Assembly: GCA_021534775.1 (NCBI GenBank) | Contig: GCA_021534775.1_4809.1 | Length of the DNA stretch: 30,283 bases | From: a phage | Direction: 5' to 3' (one strand) | Shown: positions 1 through 6,976 of the stretch, in pieces | Position numbering within the stretch: position 1 is the stretch's first letter | Layout of the letters: each line of letters opens with the position of its first letter | The notes under the pieces: generated by a model | Told to the model about the DNA's origin: nothing | Databases searched by the model: none | Seen by the model: only the letters and a program-made list of their open reading frames with translations | Position numbers and translations under genes: made by a program

Positions 1-1628
1 TTCGTCCACAAGGTTCAACGCCGCTGGCTGGCGACCCAGTAAACGATTATGATGCCACAACAAAGCGTTGGGTGGAAAACTTAGTCAACACTGGCACTGT
101 CGGCCCAAGCATGAACGGTGTTATGAACTATGGCGTAGGTGATTTTCACCTTCGAAATGGTCGCTCATACATCCAGCCGTATGAAGTCGTTGCAGATGGT
201 CAACTATTAAACCGTGCCGATTGGCCTGAACTTTGGGCATATGCACAAATGCTTTCTCCCATCGCAGATGCCGATTGGCTTGCTGATAAGTTCAAACGTG
301 CGAAGTATTCTTTGGGCAACGGCACAACCACTTTCCGTGTACCAGACCTGAACGGTGTGCAAACAGGTTCTGTACGGGCGCTGTACGGGCGCGGCGACGG
401 CGGCAACTCGACTGCGAACGGACAAATATTTGAATCCGCTGCACCAAACATAACAGGTTCAGCTGCAGGCGTATCGGCAGGCACTTATGCGCAAATTTTT
501 GGCACAGCCGTCCGAGGTGCTTTTTACACAAACAACGATTTGTATCCTCAAGGCGCTGGAGACACAATACCCGTTGGAAGCGGCGCAGTAGAGGGGCGTT
601 TAAATACAATCAACATTGATGCATCACGCTCAAGTCCAATCTATGGCGCGGCAACAGATGAAATCATGGGCCGTAACTTTGTAGGCGTTTGGGTGATTCG
701 TGCATCGGGTGGATTTGTTGCCGCGAATACGTCTTGGAGTGTTATAAATGGCGATGGCACAAGGCCGCCTGGCGGGACGAGAGTTGAATCAGGGAAAGTA
801 AGCGTTGAATACAAGATTGGAACTGCCATCGAAGCGCAAGGAACGGTTTACACATCAGCAACGATGGGTGGGTCATATTCCACCCAGTTATCAGTAAAAA
901 ACGTCACTGCAGGTAAAGAAAAAGACATCAGCTTGACTGATGACGGTCTATTATGGTCTGACCGATTTGCGGCACGGTACGGAACGTTGATGTCATGGGC
1001 TGAGACGGGCTCAAAGTCAGGCACCTTCTCGATGACGAGACAGGCGCTTGGTCAAAACTATGGTTTCAACAGCCTTATCAGCGGTAGTCAATCTGTTAAT
1101 ACAGGATACGCAACTACTGTTCACCATGGCATGATCCACAACAACAATGGAAGTTTTGCGCAAGCTACGTGGATTGCTTCTGGTGATGATGATGCAAAGT
1201 ATCAAACAAAGATGCAAATCCAGCCTAACGTAGAGGATGTATTCTTTTCAGTATCCGTTCCAGGTTCTGACAGCTTCTTTACTCTTCAAAAGAATGCCAT
1301 CTCTGATGAGAATTTGAAGCATGACATACAACCAGGAACGGTTGAAAAAGCATGGCGCAACCTTTCATCACTGAATTATGTAACGTTCATATACAACAAT
1401 GATGAAAAGGAAAGGATAAGAAGGGGCATTATCGCTCAACAGGCAGAGATTATTGACCCGTTGTATGTTAAGACGATTAAATTCTATCCTAGTGAAGGTG
1501 TCGAAGTTGAACAAAAACAACTTGACACGACACCTATGCTTTTGGATACGATGCACGTGGTGCAGGAGTTGATGAAAAAGGTCGAGTCACTAGAGGCAGA
1601 GATAGCCGCGCTGAAAGCAGCAAAATAA
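1..1628 (+). CDS. Tail fibre protein, 5'-partial, with C-terminal S74-like intramolecular chaperone domain
   Basis: Reading frame is open from nt 3 to the stop at 1626-1628; the ORF-track start at 72 is a GTG, so the true start is upstream of the window. Gly/Ser/Thr/Asn-rich fibre-like segments (GRGDGGNSTANG, GSAAGVSAGTYAQIFG). C-terminal ISDENLKHDIQP...YVTFIYNNDEKERIRRGIIAQQAEIIDP resembles the SDxRLKxNI autocleavage signature of endosialidase/L-shaped tail fibre chaperone domains. Confidence 0.75.
   Translation, partial: RPQGSTPLAGDPVNDYDATTKRWVENLVNTGTVGPSMNGVMNYGVGDFHLRNGRSYIQPYEVVADGQLLNRADWPELWAYAQMLSPIADADWLADKFKRAKYSLGNGTTTFRVPDLNGVQTGSVRALYGRGDGGNSTANGQIFESAAPNITGSAAGVSAGTYAQIFGTAVRGAFYTNNDLYPQGAGDTIPVGSGAVEGRLNTINIDASRSSPIYGAATDEIMGRNFVGVWVIRASGGFVAANTSWSVINGDGTRPPGGTRVESGKVSVEYKIGTAIEAQGTVYTSATMGGSYSTQLSVKNVTAGKEKDISLTDDGLLWSDRFAARYGTLMSWAETGSKSGTFSMTRQALGQNYGFNSLISGSQSVNTGYATTVHHGMIHNNNGSFAQATWIASGDDDAKYQTKMQIQPNVEDVFFSVSVPGSDSFFTLQKNAISDENLKHDIQPGTVEKAWRNLSSLNYVTFIYNNDEKERIRRGIIAQQAEIIDPLYVKTIKFYPSEGVEVEQKQLDTTPMLLDTMHVVQELMKKVESLEAEIAALKAAK
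1302..1628 (+). other. Predicted autocleaved intramolecular chaperone domain of the tail fibre (domain-level annotation)
   Basis: Ser codon of SDENLK at 1302-1304, followed by about 108 aa with a coiled-coil-like tail (VESLEAEIAALKAAK). Confidence 0.5.
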
Positions 1629-1635
1629 TTCACTC

Positions 1636-1664
1636 AAGGCGCTGAAAAGCGCCTTTACTTTATG
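1636..1664 (+). terminator. Putative intrinsic terminator after tail fibre gene
   Basis: Inverted repeat aaggcgc / gcgcctt with a 6-nt loop, followed by a T-rich tract (tactttat). Confidence 0.45.
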
Positions 1665-1709
1665 CGCTATTAAGTTATACTCATTATACGTTAACAAGTG
1701 AGGTGATTT

Positions 1710-1997
1710 ATGAAATTTGAAGATATTGATAAAGCTCAGAAAGCAAAGGCTCTTCCAAAATACTTAATTTGCGGAATCGACCCTGCAGACAAACGCCTTG
1801 TCTTTTTGAAAGCCGTTACAGGCGATGAACATGGCAATGCAGTTGATTGGAGTATCCCGCTCTTTGAGACAAAGGGAGAAGCCGAACAGGCATTGTTAGA
1901 AAGCAAGATGCCTTCGCACTACAAAGTCAGGACTCAAGATGAAATTCCAACCTTGATTTTGGACAACATTAACAGCGGAGAAGGCTCTAATGGATAA
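1710..1997 (+). CDS. Hypothetical protein (95 aa)
   Basis: ORF with strong RBS (gtgaggtga) 5 nt upstream of ATG. Confidence 0.6.
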   Translation: MKFEDIDKAQKAKALPKYLICGIDPADKRLVFLKAVTGDEHGNAVDWSIPLFETKGEAEQALLESKMPSHYKVRTQDEIPTLILDNINSGEGSNG

Positions 1998-2088
1998 AGA
2001 GGCGCGACGCTTTGCATTTTGGGGCACGGTTTGTATTGTCGCCCTGTTTGGAATCGTTTACGCAATCATCCACGCTGCTGCGGCATGA
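1990..2088 (+). CDS. Possible small hydrophobic peptide (32 aa, MDKEARRFAFWGTVCIVALFGIVYAIIHAAAA)
   Basis: Short ORF below the track threshold, start overlapping the stop of the upstream gene; one predicted TM helix. Could be spurious. Confidence 0.25.
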   Translation: MDKEARRFAFWGTVCIVALFGIVYAIIHAAAA

Positions 2089-2091
2089 ATT

Positions 2092-2487
2092 ATGATCATC
2101 GATATTGAAAAGGCTCTCAAGCGCGAATTAACGCCAGGTGCGACTCCTGGTGAGGAAGCCTACTACCGACCGAAAGCGCAGCGCACCAATGAGATTCCGG
2201 TCGTTAAGCGGACAGTGAATAAGAATGGTCAGCGGTCGCGACCGCGCTCTATCCGGTCCGGTGAAAGGCTGAAAACGATTCGCCAGTGTCTACAACGGCT
2301 CGAAATCATGGGTTGTCGCGCTTATATCGACCCTGATGGAAAGGTCATGGTGAGAATTGGCAATAGTACACAACTACAAGACGGATTACCTTGCGGCGAA
2401 TCCAGACCCATAGCAAAGACCGACCGTGTGGCTACTGGCCGCGAGATTGAGGAAAGTTGGTTGGGTGCTTTCTTATTAAAATATTGA
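2092..2487 (+). CDS. Hypothetical protein (131 aa)
   Basis: ORF in the same orientation as the late operon; no recognisable motif. Confidence 0.55.
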   Translation: MIIDIEKALKRELTPGATPGEEAYYRPKAQRTNEIPVVKRTVNKNGQRSRPRSIRSGERLKTIRQCLQRLEIMGCRAYIDPDGKVMVRIGNSTQLQDGLPCGESRPIAKTDRVATGREIEESWLGAFLLKY

Positions 2488-2494
2488 GGTTAAC

Positions 2495-2743
2495 ATGAAT
2501 CAAAATGAATCAGTAGCATTCTTACAATGGCTGGAAGGTGTGGTGGAGTATTACGCTCCAAAAGACCGCTTCACCTTTCAAGGTAAAAGCTTCAAGCGCA
2601 AAGGCCAAGCTCAGAAAGCAGCTCGTAAATACTGGAAAGAAGTTTATTCAGAATTTTTCTCTCAGATGGGTATCATCGGCTCAACGGTATCCGGCGACCC
2701 TGCGCAATTGGTATCGATTGATGAATCCAATCGTCACAATTAA
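2495..2743 (+). CDS. Hypothetical protein (82 aa)
   Basis: ORF with RBS (tgagg) upstream of ATG. Confidence 0.55.
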   Translation: MNQNESVAFLQWLEGVVEYYAPKDRFTFQGKSFKRKGQAQKAARKYWKEVYSEFFSQMGIIGSTVSGDPAQLVSIDESNRHN

Positions 2744-2818
2744 TAAATCGATTTGAATGCCGTGCTATGCGGCTTTATTATAGTTATTGTTAATCACCCA
2801 AATATTAAAGGTAATGAT

Positions 2819-3199
2819 ATGTCAAATAAAAATGATTCTATGAGCCATACTTACACTAAAGGCAGCGGCACTGCTTTTGGTTCCAGCATCAAAATTGACG
2901 CTCCACCTTGCTATTCTGATGGATTGGAAGTTGGCAACCGTGACTTGACTTGGGTTTTACGTCGCCAATCCGATTTAGAAGAGAAGTTGGAAAATATTGC
3001 GCGTTCTCTTGAAAGTCTGCGCGACCAGCTTTTTGGTTGTTCTGAAGATGATTCTAAATCTCCAGAGTATTGTGTTAATCACGGTTTGATTGATAATATG
3101 CTCGCCATAACCGCTCGATCAATTGGTAAAACTGTGTCCATTGAGTCGTTGATCAGCCAGATTGCGGACGGCTTTGGTGATGCCCATAAGAGTGAATAG
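2819..3199 (+). CDS. Hypothetical protein (126 aa; ORF-track start 2753 is probably too far upstream)
   Basis: Internal in-frame ATG at 2819 preceded by aaagg; the N-terminal 22 codons of the track ORF are hydrophobic read-through of the intergenic region. Confidence 0.5.
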   Translation: MSNKNDSMSHTYTKGSGTAFGSSIKIDAPPCYSDGLEVGNRDLTWVLRRQSDLEEKLENIARSLESLRDQLFGCSEDDSKSPEYCVNHGLIDNMLAITARSIGKTVSIESLISQIADGFGDAHKSE

Positions 3200-3229
3200 T
3201 GGGTGGATGTTGCTTTAACCGTGAATCGT

Positions 3230-3256
3230 GGGTCGCTTAGGGCGGCCCTTTATTTT
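3230..3256 (+). terminator. Intrinsic terminator ending the plus-strand late operon
   Basis: Stem gggtcgc / gcggccc (one G-U pair), 5-nt loop, then tttatttt. Confidence 0.55.
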
Positions 3257-3842
3257 GCCTGCCGCGCAGGAGTGTACTGCAAATTTCCTGTGGGTACAAA
3301 ATAGTACGGTACTGTCTAGGACTTTTTCTTTGAAAAGTTAGTGGACCAAATGTGTCGTATTTTTGATTAGTGTACCGCAAATTCCATCAAGTAGCAAAAC
3401 GCACCAAAAGACCCATGCCATAAAAACCACACGAACGCAATAATCAATCGACGTTACAGTTTCCAGCGTTACAATTCGAAAGCGAATGATTCGACGCATA
3501 ATAATATGAAGCATAATGATTCGAAAGCGAGTGATTGCGTGTAGGATAATATCGGTGGGGATTATTCTAGATGCATGTAATTTCGCATGCGTACTATTTT
3601 CGGACGAAGGGTCGGCATATTCCTCGTTTTAGTTCGGAACGAAGGGAAAGTTTTGCGCCTTTATAAAACAACGACTTACGCGACCCGCCTTAACGGTCCG
3701 ATATAGGTGTCTATATAAAACAAGGACTTACGCGATGTTCTCCATTTAACGTAATACCTGTTATGCGAACTAAGGCGCATCTCGACGAAGATTATGCGAC
3801 GACGAAGGGAAGGATAAAGGAGTTTTCGCGGAGAAGCGCATC
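3257..3842. repeat. Repeat-rich non-coding region between convergent terminators
   Basis: No ORF of 60 aa or more on either strand. Direct repeats of gacgaaggg at 3603, 3638 and 3801; attcgaaagcga(a/g)tgatt twice (about 3474 and 3520); GTAC-containing motifs gtactgcaaattt (3274) and gtaccgcaaatt (3372). Confidence 0.6.
3662..3735. repeat. Pair of 22-bp direct repeats TATAAAACAA(C/G)GACTTACGCGA
   Basis: Copies at 3662-3683 and 3714-3735 with one mismatch, 52 bp apart. Confidence 0.7.
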
Positions 3843-3872
3843 GAGATAGGGGCGAAGAAAAGCCGCGACTAA
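3843..3872 (-). terminator. Intrinsic terminator for minus-strand gene 3900-4190
   Basis: On the minus strand: GCCGCG cttagt CGCGGC followed by ttttcttcg. Confidence 0.55.
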
Positions 3873-3899
3873 GCGCGGCCTATTAGTAACGGAAGGATA

Positions 3900-4190
3900 T
3901 TATAAGGAGACAATTTTAAAATAAGTTACTTCGCCGCCGAGTTGCGGTACAGCGAGATATTCGCCGCCGATTTCGGTAATCGTATAGACGAAGCCGTTAA
4001 TCGTTACGCGGGATGATACGATGTCCTCGTCGCGATACTTGTAAAGGTCGAGGAAGTTGATCGGCTCATAAATAGGTTCGATAGTTGCGTCTACGTTAGA
4101 GAGATAAACGCTCTCTAAGGTTTCGCCAAATACGTTAGAGTTTTCGGAAGTCTCGACGCGAGCGGAACGGATAGCGGCTAAAGTAATCAT
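3900..4190 (-). CDS. Small acidic protein (96 aa), hypothetical
   Basis: ORF with RBS aggag 7 nt upstream of ATG in the conserved context ccaactaggagattattATG; about 14 Asp/Glu versus 6 Lys/Arg. Confidence 0.65.
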   Translation of the reverse strand: MITLAAIRSARVETSENSNVFGETLESVYLSNVDATIEPIYEPINFLDLYKYRDEDIVSSRVTINGFVYTITEIGGEYLAVPQLGGEVTYFKIVSL

Positions 4191-4214
4191 AATAATCTCC
4201 TAGTTGGTCGGGCG

Positions 4215-4235
4215 GGTAGCGACCTATTCGCTACC
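4215..4235 (-). promoter_or_regulatory. 5'UTR stem-loop with conserved AAUAGGU loop (copy 1)
   Basis: Arms ggtagcg / cgctacc around a 7-nt loop, between the promoter and RBS of gene 3900-4190. Confidence 0.5.
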
Positions 4236-4257
4236 TCATCCCCTCTCGATATAAAAC

Positions 4258-4286
4258 ATTATAGTCTTAGTGTACGAAGAAGTAAA
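4258..4286 (-). promoter_or_regulatory. Sigma70-like promoter for gene 3900-4190
   Basis: Minus strand reads TTTACT, 17-nt spacer, TATAAT. Confidence 0.55.
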
Positions 4287-4297
4287 GCACTTTTTCG

Positions 4298-4600
4298 TTA
4301 TTCTGCAATAAAATATTTATAAGCCTTATCGCCTTCTACGTCGATATACTCGACGATAATTAACGCTTCGCCGCGCGGCGTAACCGTCTCGATAAGGGTA
4401 ACGGCTTCGTCGTCGGTCTTCGCGAAGCGGATGGCGCTACGTTCGGCGTACTTAATATCGTCGAAGGAAAGGCCGATGAAGGCGACCGCGCGGACCTTAA
4501 TGGCGCTAGATTCTAGTTCCGCGTTAACGGCGGCGATAAGAGAGCGAACGGTTAAGCGGTCTTCGTCGTAAGTAAGGATGGAAGAGATTAAAGTAGTCAT
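4298..4600 (-). CDS. Small acidic protein (100 aa), hypothetical; ORF-track start 4657 rejected
   Basis: Internal ATG (MTTLISS) preceded by gggag 7 nt upstream; the promoter -10 overlaps the track ATG at 4657, so the transcript starts downstream of it. Confidence 0.6.
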   Translation of the reverse strand: MTTLISSILTYDEDRLTVRSLIAAVNAELESSAIKVRAVAFIGLSFDDIKYAERSAIRFAKTDDEAVTLIETVTPRGEALIIVEYIDVEGDKAYKYFIAE

Positions 4601-4656
4601 AATAAAGCTCCCGATGCTAGTAGAAGAAAGGGCCATCGCCCGTCTCGATATAAACA

Positions 4657-4684
4657 AGTATACGCGAGTGTACGAAGAAGTAAA
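4657..4684 (-). promoter_or_regulatory. Sigma70-like promoter for gene 4298-4600
   Basis: Minus strand reads TTTACT, 16-nt spacer, TATACT; the upstream part (ctttacttcttcgtacact) is nearly identical to the promoter at 4258-4286. Confidence 0.5.
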
Positions 4685-4728
4685 GAAAAAAGATAAAATA
4701 ATTTATCGCATTTTTATCGAAAAAGTGC

Positions 4729-4756
4729 TTTACTTTTTTCTACACTATATTATAAT
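4729..4756 (+). promoter_or_regulatory. Sigma70-like promoter for gene 4825-5139
   Basis: TTTACT, 16-nt spacer, TATAAT. Confidence 0.55.
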
Positions 4757-4779
4757 GTACTCATATCGGGACGGGATGA

Positions 4780-4800
4780 GTTAACGAATAGGTCGTTAAC
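4780..4800 (+). promoter_or_regulatory. 5'UTR stem-loop with conserved AAUAGGU loop (copy 2)
   Basis: Arms gttaacg / cgttaac around the same 7-nt loop aataggt; the stem sequence differs from copy 1 but stays complementary. Confidence 0.5.
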
Positions 4801-4824
4801 GCCTCTCCCAACTAGGAGTTTATT

Positions 4825-5139
4825 ATGGCTATCGTTACCCGCTTTACCCTCGAAAACGCAACCGCCGAAGTCCAGGGCGTTACGCTTACTTACGGCGAAA
4901 TTCTCGCGAAATTCTCCGGCGTTCGCTTAGGCGAAGAAATTAACGACGCGACGGTAATCGAGCAACTCGCTGCTTCTCGCTTAGAGCGCGACGAAAACGG
5001 ATTCTTCGAAGTCGATGCGGAATTAAATTTATGCGGTAAAACGGCGTTTATTAACGAGTTCGAACTCGCCGTTTTAGTTAATTACGATAGCAAAGCTTAC
5101 GCCTTCGCCCTCGAATTAATCGAAGACGACGAAGAGTAA
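4825..5139 (+). CDS. Small strongly acidic protein (104 aa), hypothetical
   Basis: RBS in the context ccaactaggagtttattATG; about 22 Asp/Glu versus 7 Lys/Arg; C-terminus ELIEDDEE. Confidence 0.7.
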   Translation: MAIVTRFTLENATAEVQGVTLTYGEILAKFSGVRLGEEINDATVIEQLAASRLERDENGFFEVDAELNLCGKTAFINEFELAVLVNYDSKAYAFALELIEDDEE

Positions 5140-5219
5140 GAGAGGATTTTTAGAGCGTCGTGCGCGGCGCTTTAATAAAATTCTTTCGCGCCTAGCGCCC
5201 TAACAAATAGGAGTTTATT

Positions 5220-5846
5220 ATGGTTAGCTTAAATCGCTTTTCTACTAGCGGCGACGTTATCGCAACTAAGACCGCCGACCTCGTTGCATTCTATAATGCA
5301 AATTCCGGCTCAAAACCGATTAAGAAGTTTGCGGACCGCCGGACCGCCGAGACTCGCGTAATCGCGTTAATCGAGTCCTTAAACGCGCTCGATGAGCCGT
5401 CCAACGAATCGCCCATCCCCGACGCGAAGCCGCGCGAGGAAGTGTCCAGCGATGTAAAAACGCATAAGGCGCGTGCGGTCGTTAAAAAGGCCGAGCCGAC
5501 GCAGGAAGAACTCGACGCGATGACCGACGAAGAGTATGAAGCCTTCGTTAAGAGCGGTTTAAACGATAGTGCAAATTGCGTAGTGCAAAATGGAACTCCT
5601 TCCCATCGCCGTTCGAATAGCGAAGGCATTGCAAAAAGTTGGGATAATAAGGAAGTGGCGCAAAAGCGTCTTACCCGTAACGGCGTTATGGTCGAGGGTG
5701 TAGGCGAGTTCAAATCGGTCCGCGTAGCGTTCGCCGCGCTGGGCTTACCGGATAGCAAGCACATTCGCTTCCGCATGAAGCTTAAAGAAGCTGGACGCTT
5801 GAACTTCGAGTTCGGCAACAAGTCCTATACCTTCCAGATTATCTAA
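5220..5846 (+). CDS. Hypothetical protein (208 aa)
   Basis: Same RBS context aataggagtttattATG; contains two tandem ATAGTGCAAA motif copies at 5566-5591. Confidence 0.55.
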   Translation: MVSLNRFSTSGDVIATKTADLVAFYNANSGSKPIKKFADRRTAETRVIALIESLNALDEPSNESPIPDAKPREEVSSDVKTHKARAVVKKAEPTQEELDAMTDEEYEAFVKSGLNDSANCVVQNGTPSHRRSNSEGIAKSWDNKEVAQKRLTRNGVMVEGVGEFKSVRVAFAALGLPDSKHIRFRMKLKEAGRLNFEFGNKSYTFQII

Positions 5847-5852
5847 TCGAAT

Positions 5853-5876
5853 GGCGGCCCTTCGGGGTCGCTTTTC
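5853..5876 (+). terminator. Intrinsic terminator with UUCG tetraloop
   Basis: gcggccc ttcg gggtcgc followed by tttt. Confidence 0.6.
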
Positions 5877-5896
5877 ATAGTGCAAATTGGTGGCTT

Positions 5897-6160
5897 ATGA
5901 ATACGCTCATTCTCATCGCTACGTTGTCCATCGGAAGTGGTCGCACCTTATCCCTTTACGACCATAGTGCAAATTGTGCTTATCCTACGCGAGTTGCGGC
6001 AATAGTTAATAGTGCAAATCGAATGCTATTCGAGACTTGTTGGCGGGTCGATAACGAGAAAGGGCGCATCGTCTTAGGTTATAGTGCGAATCTGCTGGTG
6101 GAGTCGTTCGATTGGACGGTTGAAGGTCGTAAATTGTTACGTAAAGTGACTAAAAGATGA
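5897..6160 (+). CDS. Questionable ORF (87 aa)
   Basis: Short RBS spacing (ggtgg, 3 nt). Three in-frame motif copies translate as HSAN, NSAN and YSAN, so the frame may be a by-product of the DNA motif array. Confidence 0.3.
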   Translation: MNTLILIATLSIGSGRTLSLYDHSANCAYPTRVAAIVNSANRMLFETCWRVDNEKGRIVLGYSANLLVESFDWTVEGRKLLRKVTKR

Positions 6161-6274
6161 CTTATAATAATACACTTTCTAACGCGTTTATGGTTGTAAC
6201 CTTCCCCGTCGTATTACCGATGGCCCTAGAAGTGGAGAAAATGTGTTCCAGGGCCGTTTTATAGTGCAAATTGG

Positions 6275-6763
6275 CTAGTGGCGGGAGAATTGCTCACCTT
6301 CTTTGGCCGCCTCTCCAAAATCCTTGTAGAAATCGTCCATGGAACGGCCCATTTTACTATTGCCGTTTTCATCAATCATCGTGATGCCGTAGATGATATT
6401 CAGTTCACGAATAGCATTAAGCTTGGCTGACGCCGCGACTTCTGGATCACGCACAAGCTTGACCAAATTGTGAATTGCACCTTTTACGCTCCACAAATCC
6501 TTGAGTGGCATCTCTTCCATACGCTTTTTGAAGCGCATCTTGTAGTATGGATTGCGTTGCGTGCAAAGGATTCGCTGGCCAGTGTAGTTATCCGTTGCAA
6601 CTTCCATTCCAAATACTAGTGCAAAAGCTGCGCGCATGTCATGACCCTGAATAACAAGGTCAATGAACTCATCGAATAAAGCCTGATTGTGCTCTGCGAA
6701 TCGCGGGTCTTCAAAGTCTTCAGGCATCGCTACATAATCTTGACTCATAGTGCAAAATCCCAT
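6275..6763 (-). CDS. Hypothetical protein (162 aa; start may be 6748)
   Basis: Minus-strand ORF. Both candidate ATGs are created by the motif (the reverse complement of CAT in cATAGTGCAAAT). Confidence 0.55.
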   Translation of the reverse strand: MGFCTMSQDYVAMPEDFEDPRFAEHNQALFDEFIDLVIQGHDMRAAFALVFGMEVATDNYTGQRILCTQRNPYYKMRFKKRMEEMPLKDLWSVKGAIHNLVKLVRDPEVAASAKLNAIRELNIIYGITMIDENGNSKMGRSMDDFYKDFGEAAKEGEQFSRH

Positions 6764-6783
6764 AGTGCAAATTAATAGTGTGA

Positions 6784-6812
6784 ATTATACAATGGATGAA
6801 CATTATATTCAA
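6784..6812 (-). promoter_or_regulatory. Sigma70-like promoter for gene 6275-6763
   Basis: Minus strand reads TTGAAT, 17-nt spacer, TATAAT; the -10 and 5'UTR overlap the three tandem motif copies. Confidence 0.5.
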
Positions 6813-6976
6813 GTGCAGATTGATGTTCATTATGGCTATAAACGTACACAAATCATAATGCTGCGTGGATTGCGGACCGTGGTGCGTGGTGTACTGTTTG
6901 ATACGTATAAAAGAAATCCATCCCTTTCGCCGCTTGTTATGCAAATCAATGACTTAGCCGCTGCTGGCTGGTTGAA

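Larger units (their letters stand above)
5566..6785 (+). repeat. Array of at least 11 same-orientation copies of ATAGTGCAAA(T/A)
   Basis: Copies start at 5566, 5581, 5877, 5964, 6009, 6081 (variant gcgaat), 6261, 6617 (variant ctagtgcaaaa), 6747, 6762 and 6775 (variant tgtgaat). All are on the plus strand; three are tandem at 13-15 bp spacing at 6747-6785. Confidence 0.8.

Noticed and set aside
200-609. Minus-strand ORFs 200-484, 207-425 and 292-609 inside the tail fibre gene
   Set aside because: Antisense to a long, well-supported CDS; no RBS; Arg/Cys/Ser-rich composition typical of antisense frames.
3257-3842. Possible tRNA or CRISPR array in the repeat-rich non-coding region
   Set aside because: Repeats are irregular in length and spacing and the region lacks uniform repeat-spacer periodicity, so it is not a CRISPR array. 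I could not fold a cloverleaf with a proper T-loop (the GTTCGGAAC candidate fails the conserved A58 position). A tRNA scan is still advisable.
4578-4784. Plus-strand ORF 4578-4784 (68 aa)
   Set aside because: Spans the divergent promoter region (4657-4756); Ile/Tyr/Lys-rich AT-biased translation.
5291-5821. Minus-strand ORF 5291-5821 (176 aa)
   Set aside because: Antisense to 5220-5846, which has the conserved RBS context; no start signals.
6275-6763. Gene 6275-6763 as a small terminase subunit, with the motif array as its pac site
   Set aside because: Based only on a vague resemblance (AASAKLNAIRELN) and motif proximity; the gene sits in an early-type region far from the tail fibre, so I did not assign it.
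5566-6785. ATAGTGCAAAT array as a CRISPR array
   Set aside because: The unit is only 11 bp with irregular spacing (13 to about 380 bp); copies lie inside ORFs and promoters; no cas genes in the window.
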